Origin: Takakia lepidozioides
Taxonomy: Eukaryota; Plantae; Bryophyta
DNA: 64,000 bases
Assembly: GCA_030704615.1 (NCBI GenBank)
Contig: CM060733.1
Span: 72,106,001-72,170,000, forward strand
Reading direction: 5' to 3'
Shown here: positions 47,429-60,840 of the stretch, piece after piece
Numbering within the stretch: position 1 is the first letter of the stretch
Layout of the letters: each line of letters begins with the position of its first letter
Position numbers and translations under genes: made by a program
Notes under the pieces: model-generated
Seen by the model: the letters and a program-made list of their open reading frames with translations, nothing else
Database searches by the model: none
Told to the model about the DNA's origin: nothing

Positions 47429-47983
47429 TTAAGGGTCATATCCCAGTGGCTCAGGGCACCTGCACTCGAAAGCTTTGAGACGGTTGCGAGTGTCCTCATT
47501 GCGAATGACTGCATCTCCTTCAAGCAGAACAAACTTGTCATTGCTAATGAACCCCCGCTCGCGGTTGCCTTGTGCAGAGCGTGTCCGACTGCAACCATGT
47601 CTGATTGCAAAAACTTGTGTAGCTCTTGCTCCTCTGCTCCAGTACACCACGACCTTGTGGCTGAATACCTTGGTCCCCGGGGCTGTCTTTGGCTGTGTTC
47701 CAAGCCTAGCTTCCACCCACTTTGGTATCTTACCTATAGCTACAGAACTCCTTGCTCCAACAGAGTTCTGACTGTGCAAAGCAATATTGAGGCCCTCAAC
47801 GCCAACTACAGCAGTTTATTGTCTGTTGCTAATGCCTGACTCCCAGTATGCAATCAACTCGTCCAACTGCTCTCCACTCAAATCAGTTTGAGTTCTTTGA
47901 GAAACATAAATCTTGTCCCCTTGTGTGCACAGGCTAAGAGAAAAGACCTGCCCTTCAATTACGTCCTCATTTCCCCCAGCCAT
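47429..47983 (-). pseudogene. Orphan ORF of about 184 codons upstream of gag (one internal TAA)
   Basis: MAGGNEDVIEGQVFSLSL…YWESGISNRQ*TAVVG…FVLLEGDAVIRNEDTRNRLKAFECRCPEPLGYDP*; homologous copy at 15394-15543. Confidence 0.65.
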
Positions 47984-48278
47984 ACAAGGAGGACATCCCC
48001 AGATTTGTCTCTCATGTAGACCACAACAGGTTCTAGAAACAGAATTGTGGATCTTTCATAACACACTCACACTCAAAAAATTCCATAGATTTTTAGCAGA
48101 GTTTAAAAAACTAAAACCTAGATATATAGATTTCCCCTTTCTGCAGCTATCCCCCCAAAAACTGAGTCAAACGGAGTCCATTTGACAAAGTTATGACCAA
48201 TTAGGCTCTAAATCATTTAAATTAGATCAAAAGGTTTTTTTTTTTTTTTTTTTTTTTTTCAAATTTAAAAACTCAAAA

Positions 48279-48389
48279 GAAGGTGAAAAGTTCTTTGGAA
48301 ACTTCCCCAATCCTTACATGAATGGACTTCTCCACCTGGGTCATGCTTTCTCTCTGTGTAAGGTGGAGTTTGCATCAGCATTTGAGAGG
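48279..48389 (+). pseudogene. Cytosolic leucyl-tRNA synthetase N-terminal fragment (HIGH motif)
   Basis: [37 protein letters not shown]; isolated 37 codons. Confidence 0.85.
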
Positions 48390-48700
48390 GCGGCAAGAGA
48401 GGGCGTACTGATTGCACAGAGCTGAAGGATTGGCTTTAGGAGCTATGGCGGCTGTCTCAATGCAGGTTGCAGTGGGAGTCTCCTGCTCGTCTCTGTGCAA
48501 GTCGGGCTTTCTGGCGGGCTCCAATGCCTTCAGACTTACCAGGAACGTGCGCCTGACGGTTGCTCTTGCTTCACAGGCCTTTAGGTACACACATGTTTTG
48601 TGTGTACAAAAAAGACTAGTTTTTCAACGCTCTCTGCTCATAGAGCCAGGTCGCAGGTTTGCCATGGCAAGCTGCCCATTGTTGCTGCAAGTGCACATCA

Positions 48701-49399
<699 letters not shown>

Positions 49400-50002
49400 C
49401 TATAGTCTCCTCCTTCCATCCACCTCACCCTCATCAAATGGAAGGGAGGATGGCCTTGTGGCCAACTCCTGTTGTAGAAGCACGAACAACATACTCACAC
49501 TTGATCACCTTGCTGGCACGGAGAGGAAAATCCTGCGTTCATGCAGGAAGCAACAACCTGCCCCACAGCCCGCCTCATGGCTACCGCTCTCCGGTGCATC
49601 GTCCGGCTCCTCTGTCTATCCTCTTTCTGTATTGCTGCTACTTAACCCCATTATCAGATATAACCACAGATTGACAAAAATTGCAGCAACATCTCAAGCT
49701 TCCTGTTCTGCTCCACTCGGCACACATAGCCAGTCTAACTGCAGGCTCCCCGTGACCAAGCTATATTATAATAGTGCTTAAAAACAAAAATATCATATCT
49801 AGCTTAGCACTAGAAAACTAGATAGAGCATCTCTCTCGAGTGATTGAAAACTAAACTTACAGTGTTGACACAAGGACATGAAATACAACACCATCACTCG
49901 TTAAACTAAGAGTCGAGCCAGGGGCACCCCAAGCTATGGGGACTCCACCCCACAACATCCTATTCTCCCTTCATAAGCACACTCAGATTCTAAGCAGTGA
50001 AG

Positions 50003-50165
50003 GAGCTCGGTCGCGCAGGCTCAACTCGAGAGAGATGAGCCGCACGACTGACGCTCTCGTGAAGATAAGATGGTTCAGGTGTCAAGCTAAACTTGACACC
50101 TGACTTAACACTTGAACCAAATCCAAGTGTTAAATATAAATAACTAGCTTTATTCTAGTTAGTTT
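50003..50165. other. Cluster of consecutive hairpins
   Basis: 12-bp stem 50075-50103, 10-bp stem 50105-50133, imperfect stem 50138-50165, and an imperfect stem of about 20 bp at 50003-50056. Confidence 0.7.
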
Positions 50166-51369
50166 CACACTGTGTTTATTTAACTTGACAAGTCAGCTGA
50201 AAACAGAGAGGTGATTTGAGGGTATCTGTCAGTGATCGGCCATCCGAAGGAAGCGTTCCTGAAGGGATGTAGTCTGCCAAGTCGAAGGTTGGTAACATGT
50301 GCCTTATTTGTTTCCCCCAGGGTTGATTTTTTTTTTTTTTTGGCACAACATCCAACATCTGCTAGGATCTTTAGTGAGCACTTGGAAGAAATAGCATGGA
50401 GAGGGAGAGAAGAGAACCTGGTGGAGAGCAGGCGGGGAACTGGGAAGGCGAACTGTTGGGGAGGGATCCTCACTGGGAAGATATTGACTTGCGTCCACAA
50501 TGGTCGGTGGGGAAGCAGGGCTGGTGACCTCGTTAACTGGAGGGGAGATGTGCATGATGGTGACTGCAGCAGCCAGCTGGTTGTCTTTATCAGTGCTGAT
50601 GTCATCTGGAGAGGAGACATCGTTGGTGTCCAAGGATTCTGAAGCAGCTTCTGCATTTTTATAATGAACCCTGACTCCGTTGATGTAGTTTCTAGTCCTT
50701 TGTAGATCCATCCTATGATTTTCTTCGTCAATTTCCAGGTCCAAGAAGGCTGACAGCAGTTGGAAACCATTCACCAAAGTGTCTTGGTTCCTTATCTGGA
50801 GCGGGGGATGATAGCCACTGTTTGTAAGTCCAGATGGCACCCAGAGGTGGCAGCATATGGTAAATGTCTACCTCTTCCATTAAAGCCAACACTTGAGTTG
50901 ATGGTCTGCAGCTTAAACCGGGGTGATCTTCCAAGTAGGCCCCCCATGAAATTCTAGTCGAGGGAGACAAGAAATAGTGAGGGAGAGAGGCCTCAAAGAA
51001 TTCCTGAATCTTGTACTTGAATAGAATTTCCGGGCCAGTGTTGGGTGGATTCGTTCTGAGGAAGTGTTTGACATCAGAGGTCTGAACCCAAAGGGATATT
51101 TCAACACACTCCAAGTCATCAGACGTGATGAGAATTGCGGGGGGCTTGCCTTTTCAAAATATCAAGGGCGTGACACAGGAAGCCTGGGGAGCTGCAATCG
51201 TCTCAAGGGCTGAGCAGCCAATGAGGTCCAGGTTTGGAATTGAGCATGTGTTGAGGCACAGATTGGCAAAGGATTTGTTACAAGAAACAAAACATCAGCC
51301 CTGCTTGTTGGAGACCACTCAACTTCCACACTGGGCTCGCCACCTACTTGGGGTTCCAACCATGGTCTA

Positions 51370-53630
51370 ACGTGGCTTAAACCAGGTGAAACAACAACAC
51401 TCCTGGGCTATACCTTCGGAATCGACCTCACAGATGATCAAAAATTTGCCCCAACAATGCTAAAGCTAAAAAAAAAACTCTCTTACTGGGGCTCAAAGCA
51501 CCTTTTGCTCATAGGTCGGGTCTTGGAGGCAAACCAAATTTGCTCAGCTGGCATGTGGTTTTACTCATCATCGTGGCGTCCAGACTCAAAACAGGTCCAA
51601 GAGGCTAGACGCTACCTTAGAAACTTCATCTGGGGAGCACACAAGACCACAGAAAACAAAAGACTACAGGTCGGTTGGAAGCAAATATGCCTCCCTAAAA
51701 AGAAAGGTGGACTGGGTGTATTGGATTTGGAAACTCAAATTAATGCCCTTCTTGGAAAATGGATTAGGTTGCTGGAAATTTTTAGTTCATGATCACATCA
51801 CTGTATCTTCCCCCCTCAAGGTACCCACATGGCAACCCTCGCTTCGTTGGATCACCCATGGGTTCAACCTCAAGTAGGATCACCTCTCTCGAAAAACATC
51901 TGGCGTGCATGGGGCAAGCTTCGCAAAGACCTGATCAAAGCCCAACCTTTGAACTTAGTGCTCAGGCAGCACCTTTTTCTTAATACAAATACCCCGAATC
52001 CTTCCCAGCGCAACCAGGCCAAACGCTGGTCCAATTGGGATAACCTGGGAATCAGCCAGATCAACAACGTTTGGAAAAACACAGCTCTGCAACCCCTGGA
52101 ATATATTTCAGAGCTGGTAGGTAAAGGCAGAGCGTCCCAAGGCTATCAAGACCTCATTACATCCATAAACCCTCATTGGTTAACCATCCTTGAAACAGGC
52201 CTTTCAGAATTGGTGGACAACACGTGGGGCTTGGCTATCTACCAGGGTCAGTTATCAATCCTTTTTGTCCAGTATGTGACACCACAGCAGCTCACTATCT
52301 TCTCCTTTCGCATCACACATCTACACTGGTGCTCACTCTCTCTTCCACCCTCCCACAATCCATCCAACACATCCCTCTAACTCCGATTATAATCTGTTGT
52401 TGGTCTTCTCCTGATAAAGCCTTCAACCCGTTACCCCCGCTGACAGTTCCACTTCATGACTGGCTTGCCTCTAATACCTTCGTTTGGATTCTTGAAAGAC
52501 CTTTGCTAGAACTCGATATCGACCCTACTGAGTGGTCCTGGAGTTTCGCCAGGTCACCATACCCCTTCTTTTCTTATACAACAAAAAGAGGATACAGGGT
52601 ACTCTCAAAAACTCAACCAATGCTCTCAAAGTGGGACTTAAAATGGGAAGCCCATGGATTTCGAGAAGAGAGGTGGTCGGTTATTTGGGGCTCGGTATGG
52701 ATCAAATCTCGTCTTGCTAAAAAATTTGCTTTTCTGTGGCAAGTAGCAAATCGAGTTCTTAAAGTAGGTGAGTGGCTCCGGTTCCATGCATCAGTCCTTT
52801 GCGCTTGCTGCTCTACCGCCGTGCAGGAAACCCTGGAACACTGTCTGCTTCACTGCCAAGCACCATCCAAGATATGGCCTCTAGCGATTTTTTTTTACCT
52901 AAACTAGAATCCAAGGCCTCTCTCTGAAACTCATTTGCTACTAAACTATGACAGGAATACAAAAAACAAAGCTGTGAGCTGTCTTCTATTTGAAACCCTC
53001 AGAGGGTCGACATTGTGGCATCTCTGGAAAATCCGCTGTAAGAATACCTTCTCTGGAAAGACAGCCACGATATTCTCTCTCCTCTCCAGCATTTTTTACG
53101 ATCTCCACACTGAAGCTCGTAAAGCATGGGCTAAAACGTGTGCAGACATGGACCGAAATTCCTGGAGTGCAGATCAAATCCACGCAGCGTTCTGCAGTAC
53201 CTGGGGCCACCTTGGAATCACTTTCACCGGAGTTTGAGCGAGATGTCAACTGGAAACACATAAAAACTTCATCCAAGGCCTCCAAACTCAATTACTCTTA
53301 AATCCTTCTGCTTTAGGCAAAGTCAATGAGGAAGATCAATGTTCTTTGTTTCTCATTTTAGCTTTAGTAAGGTCAAAGGTCGGTTGGTTTAGGGACCACC
53401 AGTTCTTAGTAGGCCCGCCTACATTCAAGTGGTCTTCTTCCTCGGGATCCGTCCCAACATTAAGGTTCTTCAAAATCCATCGTTGGGTGGATGCGCGGCT
53501 CTTACTACACGACGGTGTGTGTGCCTTATGGCTTAACCGGGGTTTTAAAATTTTTCCCCATATTAAGTTATTAATAAAATTAATCAGGGCAATAAACCCC
53601 TGTTCTCTAAATTTGTTTTTAAGAAAAACA
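51370..53630 (+). mobile_element. L1-clade LINE, 5'-truncated (post-RT region, zf-RVT, 3' UTR)
   Basis: RNFIWG…VGWKQICLPKKKGGLGVLDL; CACC…ETLEHCLLHC; LWHLWKIRC. AATAAA, cagggcaataaacccctg hairpin and A-rich tail at about 53570-53630. Stops and frameshifts. Confidence 0.88.
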
Positions 53631-54527
53631 ATGAAAATAATCTAAATTGCTCTACATATTCACATTCATCCACAATTGGAATATACTAATGTGGGATCCA
53701 CTGGAGATTCATCTACAAAGCTCATCTAATAGTAACTACATTCATCCAGCAATGCAACACATAAGGAGCCACAACGAACCTGTGCCCAGCTGGGGATATA
53801 AGGATGCACTTCGTGGTCCCTGCTAAAGGCAGGGCCAATAAAAAACTCATGTCCAAGGCATGCCACATATTTCATTTACATTATACCAAGTAAACATGGA
53901 CACTGTCCGCAGAGTTGGTTGAGGGCCAAAGGGCCACATACAGTATGTGTGACTCTGAAGGACTCTAATTTCCTGTTACAAGTTCTGCCCTGATTTCTAC
54001 TATGTGGATTTATGGACAACTTCAACCAAAAAGTACATTAAGGAGGAATTTCTTGGGACCATACAGTAAGTCTCCGGAACTACCCAAGATGCCAAGATGA
54101 CATGCTTGTTCTGAACCCCATTACCCAGTAGCTCATGGGAGAGAGACCATTTTCAAATTGTACCTCATATGCCCTTCAGGGTTTACTACAAGTTTTCTGT
54201 TGGCAAAAATGTACATCTGCCTATTTGAAGCAACACAGTCACCAAAAATTCCAACAACAGTATTATCCTCCACCAGACACCAACCCAAATCTCCTTCCAC
54301 AAGTGCAACAACAGTGCACATGTTGCCAAACAGTCAAGAAGTACAAGGGCACCACAAAAAAACTCCAATTTGTACTGTCTTCAGAACATCTCATTCATTT
54401 CTATGCCACTGGGCTCTACATTGGGACGAATAGTTGATCATTACTAATCCCTGTAAAGAAATCATCTGCAAAGCAGGTGACCAAGATTTATGATTCTATC
54501 ACAAAAAATTGGTTTAACTTAGTAGTG

Positions 54528-57500
54528 TCACCTAGCCATCTGACCTGGAATCTTCGACAATAACAGCACAGATGAGACGTTACCTAGTGCAGAGGCAGCA
54601 GATTCTACATGCTGCATCAAAAACTCATAAATTTTCCGCTTCAGCCTTGCCTTGGTGTCCACAACCTTTGGATCTGGCACTTCTCCCTGCCCAGAACCCA
54701 CCTGATCCTGGTCTAACCAGTCATTTACTCTTTTCAATTGTGACAACATGGCTGCAATGTGACTATTGTCTTGTTGAGATACAACTTTAGAAGCCAGAAA
54801 ATTAGCACCTCTGTCACTTACACTTGTGACTCGGAAGCCACTGTCAAGGGCGCCCTCCATGAAGTGGAGAAACCAGCGTTGTGCTTCACTCTGAAGCTGC
54901 TTTGCTAGCTCAGCTGTCTCTGTCAGTCCTGTTCCCTTGACCCAATTGGAAACCATGGGAGGTGACTTTACCTCAGTGTCTGGCAAGTCCTTACTCGGAC
55001 CTTTTGTGCTGCAGCTCTTCAATGAAACAACTCTGCCAGGGCTGCGCCGAGAAGCAAGCACTGGTGATTTCATTGGAGATTGGGGCCTTGGATCCCTATT
55101 ATCTCGCCTACGTTCATTCCCAGTTTGAGTCACAGAAGACAAGGCTGTCCGAGCATTAGCAGAGGCTGGGGTTGTCAATGACCTTGCAGTGGAGGCTGAG
55201 GATGGGGAAGTACTAGTGCCGAGTGGTGCCAAGCTGGTCGATCCATCCAGCAAAACCACCACCTGCTGGTTGATGGCACTCTTGGCCCGAGCTTGCTTGC
55301 TCTGAAGTGAGAAGACTGCCAAATCTGATGACAATGCCGCATTTACCCATCCCGCTGCAATACGTGCCTTCTCTGCAACAACTTGGACTTTCTCTGGTGA
55401 GGTGCCGTTTGCATCATCTCCTGCTGTTTCAGCAGCATGCCTGGTGCTGGCCATTGCATCAGCCACTGCGACTGCCTCTTTCAAAGACTGGTGAAGACAC
55501 AGAAACCGCTCCACGGATGGCTGAGGAAGCTCTGTCCTTGCCAATGAGCACAGCTCAGCAAACATGCTGTATGCAAGCAATCCCAGGTTTCAATCAGCGA
55601 CCCATATCCAAGAAAAGCAATATCTAGTAACCTTGAAAGAGAATACCTCATCGGCATTTGTACATCTGGGCTGAAGGATTTTACGAGCAGCATCCATGAT
55701 TTTGGTTGACAAACTAATCTCATAGCTACACTGTGCTTAAATCATCAAATATGGTTTAGAAAGCTAAACAACCAAAGGCTTGACAAGCTTAGAACGAGTG
55801 CTTGAAAGGTGCCAAACTAGAGCGAAGGATTAGAGTGGAGCAATGATGTGACGAACAAAAGAGTTCAGATGAGCTGAAGCTTCTACCAACTCCTCACATG
55901 TTTTTCAGCTCCTCGTTGTCCCGAGTCCTCGGTCGAATGTTGTTTTGGGAACTATAATTATTAATGCGGTAAACTCACAAATCACAAACAACACAGCAGT
56001 CCTCAACTGAAAAGTACACAGGTTTATCATTTTTATACATATCACACACTGGCAGAATCAATGCTCGCCAATGGAAGCATGCCTAGTTTTACCAGTGTAC
56101 CAGCTTGTATTCAAATGGGATCACAAGAACTGTGATGCTATCATGCTATAAATGAATAGATGGTACTCTCGTCCTTGAAAGACGCAAGGGCACCATGGCG
56201 AAGACAGCGATTTATATCACTTCTGCATGCAAGCTGCTTGTCTAACACCGAATAATGACAATAAGCAAAGGTTTTTTAACTCAAAAAGTGAAGCCCAACA
56301 ATTTCCTATCCCTTGCCTCAAACTTCGAAGAACACTCTCTGCTGCTGAAGCCTCCTGCAGAGCTTCTACTGCTGCTGATGAAGCTGCATCCCTTGTTTGT
56401 CTGGCCTCCTGATAGTTCAAATCATGCAAATGTAAGCTTCCCAAGTCTTCAAATCTTCACAGCTGTTAACCAAAAGATCTCTGTTATCTGGGGATTCATT
56501 TGCACACCATCCATATGCAAGTAATCTTGATGGAAAAGGCCACACTCACACTGTGATATCCTCTGGTTGGCAAGCTTCTCATGCTACTTGAAGCATAGCC
56601 AAATTACAGACTCTATTGATGTAGCAAATACCTTGCCGAGTGCTGCCAGAGTTGTGGGAAGGGATTCCCATGAAACACTGCCATCTGTCCACATTTTGTT
56701 GATAATAACCTCCTTGTTTATGGTTGATGGCAGACAAGGATCTATAGGAGAGACAGCCCTCTTCACAGGGGTAAAGTTTGAGACTTTAACATGCACTTTA
56801 GCAGGTGCCATTTTTGGAGATGAAAGGCCCTTGTCCTGCCCCCTGGTCAGTGTAGCACTCCCATTCCTGTCACTGGTCTTCCTTGAAACTGAAACCTATA
56901 CATCGAAGAAACACTTGTCACATGATAGATTGCATGACAAATTTCATCCCCTAACAAAGGAGTTGCTGCCTCAAACAATAAAAGTCAAGCGAGGTAAGCT
57001 TCAAATGCCAGCCTAAACCAGCATGCAAAATCCATACCGAGTCTTCCAGACAAAACCATGCCAGTTTTACAAAGTGGAACTCGTGGCCGCTGAAGGATAT
57101 CAATAGCAAGTGTTTTCACTTTCAGTCAAAGCTTTTTGAGGTTTGCACTTCAAGGCTTTTCCCACCTCCCAAGTTGAAGGGTGGACCATATTTCCATTTT
57201 CTCTAGTTGCACATACTCTGACCTACAATTGGGGGAACCCCCAACCCCCACGAAGTGGCCTCAATTACGGCTTGGTGACAGGCCCACTACCTGCCTGGAC
57301 AGAGTTCCCACAGTCCATGAAGTGTTGACAAACATTAACTCACAATACTTTTTTGTGTTCTAGAGAGAATGTACTCATAAGACATTGTTTGCTGTGGCCT
57401 TGTGGCCATAGACCCTGCGCCCAGTTTGGGTGGAACAAAAGGGAGCACTACCTTTGTGAGGGGCTCACTCCGGTAGTGTGACTTACCTTGATAAAGACAA

Positions 57501-59207
57501 TTAGTTCGGGATTTCCAGATATCCTCGAGAAAGTTCTTCACACAGCATCAACTTGTGTGTGAGCTGCCCAGCAATTAGACCCCAAGAGGGCCAGGGCTTT
57601 AGGCTCAGCCTCAAGATTTTGAAAGTTGGTGAACACAGGTGCAGGGACAATGTTCTTGATGGTCCTGAAGAGGGTCACTCTCTGGTGAGAATATCCCGGA
57701 TCTCTAGAGAGAAACAGATTACAAGCAAACTGCTGTGGCTTGTTTTTTCTAAGACAAGTTACTGCTGAGGCAAAGTACATACATCCTCAAAAGTATCATA
57801 TAGCCCAGGGTGGACCTTCAAAATGAATATTCCATCACAACTAGTACCCAAAGTCTCAGAAATAATCACACACAAATCGTCAGCTGGAAGACCATGTCTT
57901 GTCTAACTGAAGAAGCACAATAAAATTAGCAAGCCACCTACAGTGGAGAGGACAGTAGCTTTGACATCTCCTTTGCCTTGCTTGTTGGAGGCTGTTCGAT
58001 CTCTGCTATCCTTCACTCCAATGGCTCCCTCCCAGCTTTTACGTAAACCCTTGGTGCTGACAGTGGCCACATCTCCAGAAGGACATCCACCACCTAGAGA
58101 GCGCCGCTTACTGCCATCTCCGACGCTCATTCTATGGATGACTTTCCCTGCGCTCATTGCTCTCTTCACACTGGGAGACAATTGCTTGGACCTAGAGGAA
58201 ATCAGAACAGAAGCTTCTTTGTGAGGGATTTTTCTTTCATCAGCACCCAGTTTAACACCCCTCCTGAACATCATCTTGTCCACAGAAGACAATTTAGATG
58301 CAGGTGATCCTCTGTCTGTAAGCAAAGAATTTGTAGCTCCATGTGAATTCAAGGGCGAAGTAGAAATTGGGCAGGAGCGTCGCGGCAAAGAGGTTGAAGA
58401 ACAGTCAAGAAACACCTTAGACTTTACAACTCTGCCTTTTGGTCGGGAGCCGGACCGCCCTTCATCTTTCCTCCTCTGTTCAACTAAAGATTCAGACCCT
58501 AATGAAGAACTCAGAGTCGGCCTCTCCGAGAGTTGAGCACAAAAGTCATTTGCAGGCCGCGTGGCAGACCCATTTGAGGAGAACCCTAGCTCTTCATGCT
58601 GCACCTTGGAACCTTTGGGAAAATGTGACGCCAACCTGTCTTCATGTTTGCCATAAACATGAGGCTCTGCCCCATTTGATGCAGAAGATCTTTCAGCAAA
58701 CTTAGCTGCAACACTTTCTGCAGATGATGGGTCAAATCTATTGGATGACGTGCGAGAGAAACATGCTTGACAACTGTCAATTGAATCCAAAGAGCAGAAG
58801 TGATCAGGATGCACTGCAACGCTGATCTGAAGAGAAGGAACAACAGTGGCAACAACATCTTCAGGAGCTCCTACACATTGATGCCTGCCTGGAAGGGGCC
58901 GGACACCTCGGAGAAGAGGGACTGGAGACCCAGCTTCGAGCCTGTCAACATGAATGAATTGCCCAAGCTGCAGCTTATCACTCAGTATGAGATCATCGTG
59001 CTCTTCTGCCAGGGAAACATACGTTGCATGGGACGAGTCAGAGACTCTAATGTAAAATCCTTGATTCGGCCAAAGTTCACTGCCTGCAAGCGCAGGCACA
59101 ATGCTAATGACTTGCAAAAGAGCAGAGCGGTGCTCTCCTGTAGCTTTTTCATCCGAGTTCATGTGCTGCAGAAGCTTCAGGAGAACTCCAGGAGTTAGGG
59201 TCGCCAT
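54528..59207 (-). CDS. DUF936 / CORD-family microtubule-associated protein, 4 exons
   Basis: Exons 59207-57942, 56895-56632, 56408-56317 (GC donor), 55566-54528. [87 protein letters not shown]. Confidence 0.93.
57362..57700 (-). mobile_element. LINE 3' fragment in DUF936 intron 1, same family as 12778-13267
   Basis: Collinear nucleotide similarity starting at gagaatgtactcataagac. Confidence 0.85.
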
Positions 59208-60840
59208 CCTTTTTCTTTGGACCAAAGTTGCTTAAAGGGCTTGCTTTTTGGTGCATAGGTCACAACATGCTTATGCAAGGGAAATAGCAGTCTGCTTTCC
59301 GTGAGGTCTTCGTCTTCATTGCAAGATAGCGGAGGATGAAGTATCGAATGAAGGAAGGATCAGGGAAAGATCCCACGTTTCGTCCTAGGCTCCACATTTT
59401 CCGAACCGCATCCCACCATCTCGAAGTCGCTTTGGTGGGTGTTATATACTTACAACTGACACATCAAGATTCCCTCTTCAGATTGACCTTGGCAGAGAAG
59501 CTGATAGTCCCATCTTGGTTGAAAAGGGATCTCTGCCGAAAGCATCGGCCCCACTCATATGCCTGTACAAGAGCCTGTCAGGCTAATTGACGGAAGGGGC
59601 ATTGCGAGAAAGAAACATGACATTTGTAGGAAAATTTCATACGGGGAAAGGACAGCGAGAAGATAAGATTTTAAGTTCCAACAAAGAAGAACATTGAGAA
59701 GAGCAAGTTACAGTCCAATACATTGTCTAATCCATCAGCTTCCTCAATTACCTCTACTTAACCACCAAGCCTTCATTCACCCTAATCAGTTCCCACTAGT
59801 TTAGAGATGCCAGTCTCTGCACATTGGATCAGCTGCTGCACTTTGGTTGCCTGAGAGACTCCCAAATCCTCGCACCTCAGCTGTACCGCAATATGTGACA
59901 CCTTTACTCACGTAAGCTATGAGCAGTCGGTAAGAATGTGGAGAAACAGAACGACAAGGGCAAACCACATGAGCGCGGGAAAAAACCGATGATGAGCCTG
60001 CGTGCAGACAAGCAACATTGCCAGTGTCATGAATGGACAGCTCTCCTCCCGCCCCATTCCTCCTTTCCCTCCCCCACCCCTGCGTCTTGTGAGCTTCCAA
60101 ACAGCGCCCCCTCCCGCTCTACCTTACTCATTTTGCTCTCCAAACACATGTTTGGCTGGCCTGCCGTGAGCCCTGTGCCATGTGCTCTCATAGTAGAGAA
60201 TAGCAAAAAGGCTGTGTCACAGGACACCATAGAAATGATAGTTTTGGGCTGGCCTGGGGCGCTCTATGTGTAGGGGAAGGCTCTCGGAGAGGGGCCTTTC
60301 CGAACGTGAAGAAGGGCTCAGAATTTTCATCCAATCTGCAGAATGTTCCTCCAATTTTTTTTATTTGTTTTTAAAAAGTCCAATTTGCAGAATCAATATA
60401 TATTTTTCCTTACCTTTAATAAAGCCTCCAGGGCTACAATCCCCCTGTTATTATATACAGTATATATATATATATATATATCAATATCAATAAATGAAAC
60501 GAGACGTTTGTTTTGTTGGCCTGCCTTCTTAAGGTAGGACTACGCAAAGGGTTTCACCGTTTCAGCTTGTTTGACACCGATACTTTCGATTACGCTTCCA
60601 AATCAATCGAGACAGTTGTCGATAGAATATTCTGTGTTTTAATGAATGACATCCGTTGGTCAAGAAGAAGGAGACGGTTGAGTGGGTGAACATGGTGATT
60701 CAAGGTTTATAGACGAAGTCTGGAGGTGTGGCTGGTTGAATTCGGAAACTAGAGGCAAGCTCCAGATCTGCCGAGATGAATCGTGAGCAGTACGCAAGCT
60801 ACACAATGTGGAAGACAAGAAGGCCTTGACCAAATCGAGC

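Larger units (their letters stand above)
43050..47983 (-). mobile_element. Ty3/Gypsy-like retroelement remnant: orphan ORF - gag - zinc knuckles - aspartic protease - C5 DNA methyltransferase; truncated before RT
   Basis: Gag YSGAVGTIELDDFIQEFDSWCD and ESLREAYTRMRRLI; knuckles CWICGGPHVKKDC and CGHCGKYGHGDAQC; protease LLDSGAQPLMLG and YDVLVG. ORFs 46735, 45922, 44986, 44248 and 43366 share one frame separated only by stop codons. No LTR, PBS or RT identified. Confidence 0.9.
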
